Below, piece by piece: positions 58,266 to 64,000 of a stretch of DNA of 64,000 bases. A program made the translations under genes and the position numbers. Positions within the stretch are counted from its first letter, which is position 1. The number at the start of each line of letters is the position of its first letter. Source of the DNA: Terracidiphilus sp. (GTDB lineage Bacteria; Acidobacteriota; Terriglobia; Terriglobales; Acidobacteriaceae); NCBI GenBank assembly GCA_031296165.1, contig JARLGF010000140.1, positions 7,775-71,774 on the forward strand, written 5' to 3'. Below the pieces are notes generated by a model. The model did not search any database. It worked only from the letters and a program-made list of their open reading frames with translations, and had not been told where the DNA came from.

Positions 58266-59427
58266 ACGTTACCTGGCCGAGAATCACGGGCCGAGTTGCG
58301 CCCGTGGCCGCAGGCACGTTGCCGGGCAGGCGATGCCAGGTTTGCCAGGCCAGCAAGGCGAAGGCTGCGGCCTCCTTGGCCTCGGCGGGAAGGCCGAACT
58401 GCTCGCTTGCCGCCAATGCGCAGCCTAGCGGTTGCAAACGCTGCGCGAGCATGGCCATCAAGGTATGGTTGCGGGCGCCGCCGCCGGAGACGATGTAGTC
58501 TACGCCCACGCCGTTCATCCTTCGTTGAACAAAAGTTTTGTAGCTGCGCGCAATGGTCTCAGCGGTCAGAGCGGTTGCCGTGGCCAAGGCATCCTGGGGA
58601 TTGTCGCTATGGCGGCGGCATGCTGCAAGAAATTTGGCGGCATACTCATGGCCAAACTGCTCGCGTCCGGAGGTGCGCGGCGGATTGAGTTGAAAATACG
58701 GATTGCGCAAGGCTGCTGAGAGTACAGGCGATAACACAGTGCCTTCCGCTGCGAACGCACCATTGCGGTCAAAGGGCTTACCGAAGAGCTGCTGTGCCAG
58801 GGCGTCGATGACCATGTTGCCAGGACCGGTGTCGAAAGCAATCACGCGCTCCGCAGCCGCTCCAGCAGGAATCGCGGTCAGGTTGGCGATGCCGCCGATG
58901 TTCTGCAAGACGCGTCCGCGCCTGGGGTCGGCAAAGAGCACATAGTCGAGCAGCGGCACCAGCGGCGCTCCCTGGCCGCCGGCAAGCATGTCCGCGGGGC
59001 GGAAGTTGGAAACGACCGGAATGCCGAGCGTGGCGGCAATGACCGCGGCTTCTCCGGTTTGCCAGGTGCAGGCAAAGCGCCGGCCCGCATAAGACGCTGC
59101 GCGCGGCTGATGATAGATGGTTTGGCCGTGGCAACCGATCAGGTCGATTTTAACTTTGTGTCGCGCGAGTGTTGCGCTGACCGCCTCGGCGTACGCCATG
59201 CCAAGCCGCCAGTTGAGCCGCGCCAATTCCGCTGTTGCAGTTGCAGTTGCATTCATTGCTGCGAGAACCGCGCGGCGCAGTGCGACCGGGAATTTGAACC
59301 CCTGATGAGCCAGAAGCGTGAGCTTTGTGCGGGGCTTTCCGGGAGTAATCCGTACCAGGGCCACATCGATTCCGTCGGCCGAGGTGCCGCTCATGATTCC
59401 CGCCACCGTCATGGACTTTGTGCTCAT
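58258..59427 (-). CDS. anmK: Anhydro-N-acetylmuramic acid kinase
   Basis: GIMSGTSADGID, IGCHGQT, DMLAGGQGAPLVP, NIGGIAN, FDTGPGN, KEAAAFA. Confidence 0.97.
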   Translation of the reverse strand: MSTKSMTVAGIMSGTSADGIDVALVRITPGKPRTKLTLLAHQGFKFPVALRRAVLAAMNATATATAELARLNWRLGMAYAEAVSATLARHKVKIDLIGCHGQTIYHQPRAASYAGRRFACTWQTGEAAVIAATLGIPVVSNFRPADMLAGGQGAPLVPLLDYVLFADPRRGRVLQNIGGIANLTAIPAGAAAERVIAFDTGPGNMVIDALAQQLFGKPFDRNGAFAAEGTVLSPVLSAALRNPYFQLNPPRTSGREQFGHEYAAKFLAACRRHSDNPQDALATATALTAETIARSYKTFVQRRMNGVGVDYIVSGGGARNHTLMAMLAQRLQPLGCALAASEQFGLPAEAKEAAAFALLAWQTWHRLPGNVPAATGATRPVILGQVTYA

Positions 59428-60536
59428 GCCGGCTGTATCTCCTGAGCGGGCTGGCTGTTTCGGATGGTGTCGCCGAAGCGGAGGACTCTCGCCCGCAGCG
59501 CCTCAAACTGCCGAGCCGGAAGCGCTGGAGGAACTCCGCCCGCAAACAGCTTTGCACGCAGCCGTCCAGCCCTGCCTGCGCGTTCCAGCATCAGCTTGCG
59601 AAACGCAGCAGACCGCTCGGCCTCGGCAATCAACGCTTCATAGGCGCGCAGAATCAGTTCCGGACTGTGGCAGATTGCAAGCAAATCCATCCCCGCGCGG
59701 AGTGCCGCAATCACCGCCTCTTCCATGGGCATGAACTTCAAAATGCCGCCCATCTCCAGATCGTCGGAAAAGACGATTCCGCGATAGCCGATCCGGCGGC
59801 GCAGGACCGCGGTGATCCAGTAAGGCGAAACACTTGCGGGCAGATCTTTGCCCCTGGTCTGGGGATAGGCGGCGTGATTCACCATGACCATCGGCAGTTC
59901 GTTGCGTAGTTCACGGTAGGGGACCAAATCTTTGCGCCAAAGATCGTTCCAATCCCGCTGAATTGCCGGAGTTTCAAGATGAGAATCGCGCGAACTGCAG
60001 CCGAGTCCTGGGAAATGCTTGCCGCAGCCGACCACCCCCTGCGCAGCCAGTCCAGCAAGAAAGCCGCGCGCATACTCCACGACTCCCAGTGCTGTTGCAG
60101 AAGCCGCGCGCGTACTCATGACACCGGCCGATACGGGCAGCGCCAGGTCCAGCACGGGGGCCAGCGTCGTATTGAAGCCGAAGGCCTTGACCGCGCGCGC
60201 GACCAGCTCCCCGTGCTCCGTAATCAGCCGACTCTTTCCGGTTGCCAGTGCTGCACATGCCACGGCCTGAGCGGAGGGCATCGGCGCAAGGGCGTTGCGC
60301 AGCCGGTCTACCGTGCCGCCTTCCACGTCCACGCAGCGCAGGCTGTTTGCAACGCATAAGGCTGTTGCGGCACCCAGCAGCGCCCGCGTCTGGCGCGGGT
60401 CGATGATATTTCGCCGGAAGAGAATGATCCCCGCCGGCCGGACCAGTTTGAGCCACGCGCGTTCCAAGCCGCTCAGCTCCGTGCCTTCAAGCCCCACGAC
60501 CAGCAAGCTGCCCGCCGCCTGACGCAGATTAATCAC
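59424..60536 (-). CDS. nagZ: GH3 beta-N-acetylglucosaminidase
   Basis: ILFRRN, VDVEGGTVDRL, APVLD, KHFPGLG..DSH, SDDLEMG. Confidence 0.93.
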   Translation of the reverse strand: MINLRQAAGSLLVVGLEGTELSGLERAWLKLVRPAGIILFRRNIIDPRQTRALLGAATALCVANSLRCVDVEGGTVDRLRNALAPMPSAQAVACAALATGKSRLITEHGELVARAVKAFGFNTTLAPVLDLALPVSAGVMSTRAASATALGVVEYARGFLAGLAAQGVVGCGKHFPGLGCSSRDSHLETPAIQRDWNDLWRKDLVPYRELRNELPMVMVNHAAYPQTRGKDLPASVSPYWITAVLRRRIGYRGIVFSDDLEMGGILKFMPMEEAVIAALRAGMDLLAICHSPELILRAYEALIAEAERSAAFRKLMLERAGRAGRLRAKLFAGGVPPALPARQFEALRARVLRFGDTIRNSQPAQEIQPA

Positions 60537-63262
60537 GATTGCCGCTCCTTGAGTTCCTGCTGTAGTTCTTCCAGCAGGTTCAGCGCCTGCAACGGGGTAA
60601 GGGTGTTTACATCCGTGGCCTCAATGCGGTCCACGATGCGCTGCGAGAGCGGAGTGAAAATCGTCATCTGCACCGGTTCCGGCGTGGTCTCAACCTGGAC
60701 GCTCTGCCGCTCCTGTTTCTCATGCTGCCGCAGGATGTGCCGGGCGCGTTCGATCACCGCGGCCGGCAGTCCCGCGAGCCGCGCCACTTCAATGCCGTAG
60801 CTTTTGCTGGCCGCGCCGGGTTCGATGTTATGCAGGAACACAATTCCGCTGGCCGCCTCTTTGACGCCCACGCGCAGATTGCGCACGCGCTTGAGCTTTT
60901 CGGCCAGCATGGTCAGCTCATGGTAGTGCGTGGCAAACAGCGTACGCGCACAGGTTTCAGCGTGCAGATACTCCACCGTTGCCCAGGCCAGCGACAGGCC
61001 ATCGAAAGTAGCGGTGCCTCGGCCCATCTCATCAAGCAAGATGAGCGATCGGCTTGTTGCTGTGTTCAGAATCGTCGCCGTCTCCGTCATCTCAACCATG
61101 AAGGTGGAGCGGCCGCGCGCTACGTTGTCGCTGGCGCCGATGCGCGTGTAGATGCGGTCGACGAGTCCGAAGCGCAGGCTGTCAGCGGGAACGAAGGAGC
61201 CCATCTGGGCGAGCAGAACCAGCATTGCCGCCTGGCGGAGATAGGTGCTTTTGCCGCCCATGTTGGGGCCGGTAATCAGCAATAGACTTGGGCCCTCGTC
61301 TGACGAGTTGAGATAGAGATCGTTGGCGATGAAGCGACCCTCGCGCGTCTCCTCCATCCACTGCTCGATGACCGGATGACGAGCCGCCACGGCTTCGATT
61401 ACCGGGGCCTCGTCGATGATGGGCCGTACGTACCGGCGGAGCGCGGCCAGATGGGCAAAGTTCGCCAGCAGATCGGCCTCGGCCACAGTGGAAGAGCTGC
61501 GCCGAATGCGCCCTGCCGCCTCCAGCACCGAGGCGCGCAACTCGACGAAGATACGCTTCTCAATCTCGATGGAGCGATCATGGGCGGTGAGAATTTTGCG
61601 CTCGTATTCCTTCAGCTCAGGCGTCGTGAACCGCTCGGCGTTGACGAGCGTCTGCTTGCGCTCATAGTCGGCGGGTGCGAGCGACATGTTGGCTTTGGTG
61701 ATCTCAATGTAATAACCAAAGACGGAGTTATAGCGCACCTTGAGCGAACCTATGCCTGTGCGCTCGCGCTCGCGTGCTTCGATGGCCGCGATCGCCTGCC
61801 GGCCAGTGGTTGAAATCGCGCGTAACTCGTCCAACTCGGGGTCAACACCCAACGCAATTGCGCCGCCATCCACCAGGGTCAACGGCGGCTCGGCGACCAG
61901 GGTTGTCTCAATCTTCCGCGTGACGTCTTCAAGCGTGTCGAGCCGCGCGACGAACTCTTGCCACTGCGCGGCTTGCATTGCAGAGAGCGCATTCTTCAAC
62001 CCCGGCAGGTGGCTCAAACTTGCGGCCAGCGAGCACACGTCGCGCGGACCTGCCGAATCCAGCGAGAGCCGGGCCAGCAGCCGCTCCAGGTCCAAAATGC
62101 CGGCAAATCCGCGGCGAATTTCTTCGCGCTTCAGCAGATCGCCATGCGCCTCGCCTACCGCCTCATAGCGAGCTTCCAGCACTTGGGCGTCCAGCAGCGG
62201 CCGTAGAATTGTTGCCCGCAACAGCCGTTTGCCCATTGGCGTCTGACAAGCATCCAGCGTGTGAAAGAGCGTGGCGCGGCTATCCTGGCCGACAAAGAGA
62301 GGCTCCACGAGTTCCAGATTGCGCACCGTTACCTGGTCCAGCTCGAGGGCTGTGGAGTGCTCTTCAAAGCGCAGCGAATCGACGTGCAGCGCCTCGTTTT
62401 TCTGCGTGGTCCGCACGTAGTGGAGCACTGCACCGGCTGCAACGGCCGCAGTTGGATGACGATCGAGACCAAAGCCCTCAAGGGTGCGCACATTCAGTTG
62501 GCGTTCCAGCAGGGGCACGGCAAAATCGCGTGTCCACACCCAGTCCGGGACCCGCGTACGCGCTGGAAGCCGTTCGAGCAGCGCCGGCAACTCGGCAGAC
62601 TCTGCCAGGAGTACCTCACTGGCTCCGGCCATCAGGATTTCGTCCACGGCTTTTTGCCGCGCCGCGAGCCCGACAAACTCGGCGGTCCGAAACTCGCCGG
62701 TGGAAACATCGAGCAGCGCGATGGCGCAAACCGGTTCCTTTGCCGGCCCCGTCTCAAACAGGGCCGCGAGGAAGTTGTTCTGCTCCTGCCCCAGGGCGTT
62801 ATCCAGCGCTGTGCCCGGCGTGAGGACACGCGTCACTTCGCGCCGCACGATCTTCTTTGTGAGCTTGGGGTCTTCCATCTGGTCGCAGATGGCGATGCGG
62901 TAGCCTTTGCGCAGCAAGCGCGTGAGGTAGCTATCCACGGCGTGGTACGGAACCCCACACATGGGCTGGCTTTTCTCGCGGTCCCGCGAGGTGAGCGTCA
63001 ACTGCAATTCGCGGCTGGCCACGACGGCATCGTCGTAGAACAGCTCGTAGAAATCTCCCATGCGGAAAAACAGGAGGGCATCGGGATTCTCGCGCTTGGC
63101 CGCGGTCCACTGCCGCATGAATGGGGTCAGCTCGGCAGGGGCCTTGTCCAAGGCAGAGGAGTGCGGGGCCGCGGATTGTTCGTCTTCGCCGATCACGCTG
63201 CCTTTAAGAGTAACGTGACGGGATGGTTGAGCGGTAGTGCGGGCAGGGAGGCGGGGGCGCAT
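60533..63262 (-). CDS. mutS: DNA mismatch repair protein MutS
   Basis: FFRMGDFYELF, ITGPNMGGKSTYLRQ, STFMVEM, DEMGRGT, ATHYHEL, SYGIEVA. Exact start uncertain. Confidence 0.99.
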   Translation of the reverse strand: MRPRLPARTTAQPSRHVTLKGSVIGEDEQSAAPHSSALDKAPAELTPFMRQWTAAKRENPDALLFFRMGDFYELFYDDAVVASRELQLTLTSRDREKSQPMCGVPYHAVDSYLTRLLRKGYRIAICDQMEDPKLTKKIVRREVTRVLTPGTALDNALGQEQNNFLAALFETGPAKEPVCAIALLDVSTGEFRTAEFVGLAARQKAVDEILMAGASEVLLAESAELPALLERLPARTRVPDWVWTRDFAVPLLERQLNVRTLEGFGLDRHPTAAVAAGAVLHYVRTTQKNEALHVDSLRFEEHSTALELDQVTVRNLELVEPLFVGQDSRATLFHTLDACQTPMGKRLLRATILRPLLDAQVLEARYEAVGEAHGDLLKREEIRRGFAGILDLERLLARLSLDSAGPRDVCSLAASLSHLPGLKNALSAMQAAQWQEFVARLDTLEDVTRKIETTLVAEPPLTLVDGGAIALGVDPELDELRAISTTGRQAIAAIEARERERTGIGSLKVRYNSVFGYYIEITKANMSLAPADYERKQTLVNAERFTTPELKEYERKILTAHDRSIEIEKRIFVELRASVLEAAGRIRRSSSTVAEADLLANFAHLAALRRYVRPIIDEAPVIEAVAARHPVIEQWMEETREGRFIANDLYLNSSDEGPSLLLITGPNMGGKSTYLRQAAMLVLLAQMGSFVPADSLRFGLVDRIYTRIGASDNVARGRSTFMVEMTETATILNTATSRSLILLDEMGRGTATFDGLSLAWATVEYLHAETCARTLFATHYHELTMLAEKLKRVRNLRVGVKEAASGIVFLHNIEPGAASKSYGIEVARLAGLPAAVIERARHILRQHEKQERQSVQVETTPEPVQMTIFTPLSQRIVDRIEATDVNTLTPLQALNLLEELQQELKERQS

Positions 63263-63478
63263 TTCTATCTATTCCAGAAGCAGGATTACCCTTGCCTGGA
63301 TTTGCGTCCATTGCCTGCAATCTCCGTTTATTGCTCACAACGCAGCGTGAGCCGTTCTGCACAGAATCGATTCCGGCAATCAGCGAACGTGTATATATCA
63401 CCGAATTATCCGTTCGATGCGGCTGGAATCCGCGTGGAACGCACCGATCCTATCCAAGGTAAAAACAAGGAGCTTTGC

Positions 63479-63862
63479 ATGAAATCACAGAAAATCTATG
63501 CTGTTGTCTTCACTCCACTCGTCGCGCTTGCCATGTCCCTGCCGGTAATGGCACAGGACGCAACGCAATCCACTACCACCACGACACAGAATTCGAGCGA
63601 CCAGCCGACCACGCAAACCACTCAGACCACCAATAGCAAGACGAAGTACAACCGCCATCACCACAAGAAGGAAACGAAAGAGCAGCAGACGACCACGACA
63701 ACGACGGTTCCCCCTCCGACAACGTCGCAGCAGACGACCACGACAACCACAACTCCTCCCCCCACTACGTCGCAGCAGACGACCACGACAACCACAACTC
63801 CTCCCCCCACTACAGAGCAGCAGACGACCACAACAACGACGCCTGCTCCTCCTCCGCAATAG
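63479..63862 (+). CDS. Small secreted Thr/Pro/Gln-rich repeat protein
   Basis: RBS AAGGAG before ATG 63479; signal peptide ending VMA-Q; RHHHKK patch; QQTTTTTTTPPPTTS repeats. Confidence 0.85.
   Translation: MKSQKIYAVVFTPLVALAMSLPVMAQDATQSTTTTTQNSSDQPTTQTTQTTNSKTKYNRHHHKKETKEQQTTTTTTVPPPTTSQQTTTTTTTPPPTTSQQTTTTTTTPPPTTEQQTTTTTTPAPPPQ
63683..63859 (+). repeat. 45 bp coding tandem repeat, about 4 units
   Basis: Units start CAGCAGACGACCAC at 63683, 63728, 63773 and 63818. Confidence 0.95.
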
Positions 63863-63874
63863 TTCCGGCGAGAG

Positions 63875-63970
63875 CGGAACTCGTACATCGGCTGACTTCT
63901 CTTGCGGTCCAGGACCGGGGGCGTCAATTACAGCTTCCGGCTCACCGTCACCGCATCGTCGTAGAACATC
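63875..63970 (-). pseudogene. Degenerate duplicate of the mutS 5' region
   Basis: Minus strand reads FYDDAVTVSRKL*LTPPVLDRKRSQPM versus MutS FYDDAVVASRELQLTLTSRDREKSQPM; 60/83 nt identical to 62960-63042 by manual count. Confidence 0.85.
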
Positions 63971-64000
63971 GCAGGATCTCAGCCGCTTTTTCCGCCAGAC

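Noticed and set aside
62261-63478. 533 aa + strand ORF
   Set aside because: Mostly antisense to mutS; only the part from ATG 63479 has an RBS and signal peptide.
63683-63859. 45 bp repeats as a CRISPR or non-coding array
   Set aside because: Contiguous in-frame coding repeats without spacers.

Overview
GC-rich bacterial chromosome segment, most consistent with Acidobacteriota (Terriglobia/Acidobacteriaceae-like); the taxon is inferred from gene content such as the Acidobacterial-type VWA protein and Oar-like TonB-dependent receptors. In order: the end of a polysaccharide locus (MurJ/MviN flippase, deacetylase-like protein); a ~18.5 kb flagellar cluster (fliN-like, fliOPQR, flhBA, fliA, fliM, fliN, a stand-alone MshEN-motif protein, cheY, cheX, flgFGAHIJ, flgM, FlgN-position ORF, flgKL) with no flagellin, motAB or flgB-E; rpsO-pnp; a serine hydrolase-murQ-murA unit; lepB, carAB and a DapA-family enzyme; a repeat-flanked M61-like peptidase; a decayed LolD/LolA-like ABC locus; a zinc-ribbon protein, a GT4 and a GH2 beta-mannosidase; a duplicated TonB-receptor unit; mutS-nagZ-anmK-ABC SBP; and a Thr/Pro-repeat secreted protein. 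No rRNA, tRNA, CRISPR array or intact transposase/integrase was seen. Best leads: (1) a 360-400 bp non-coding element present twice (21460-21863, 39058-39415) with a C-tract and phased direct repeats; (2) a probable c-di-GMP-binding MshEN protein lacking an ATPase, overlapping fliN; (3) a TonB-receptor unit duplicated with its ECF-type promoter, RBS and terminator, one copy having lost the upstream gene; (4) a decayed copy of the mutS 5' end 926 bp upstream of the real one; (5) a 153 bp CTAG-bounded MITE; (6) an ABC permease C-terminal relic. All alignments were done by eye and no database searches were run.
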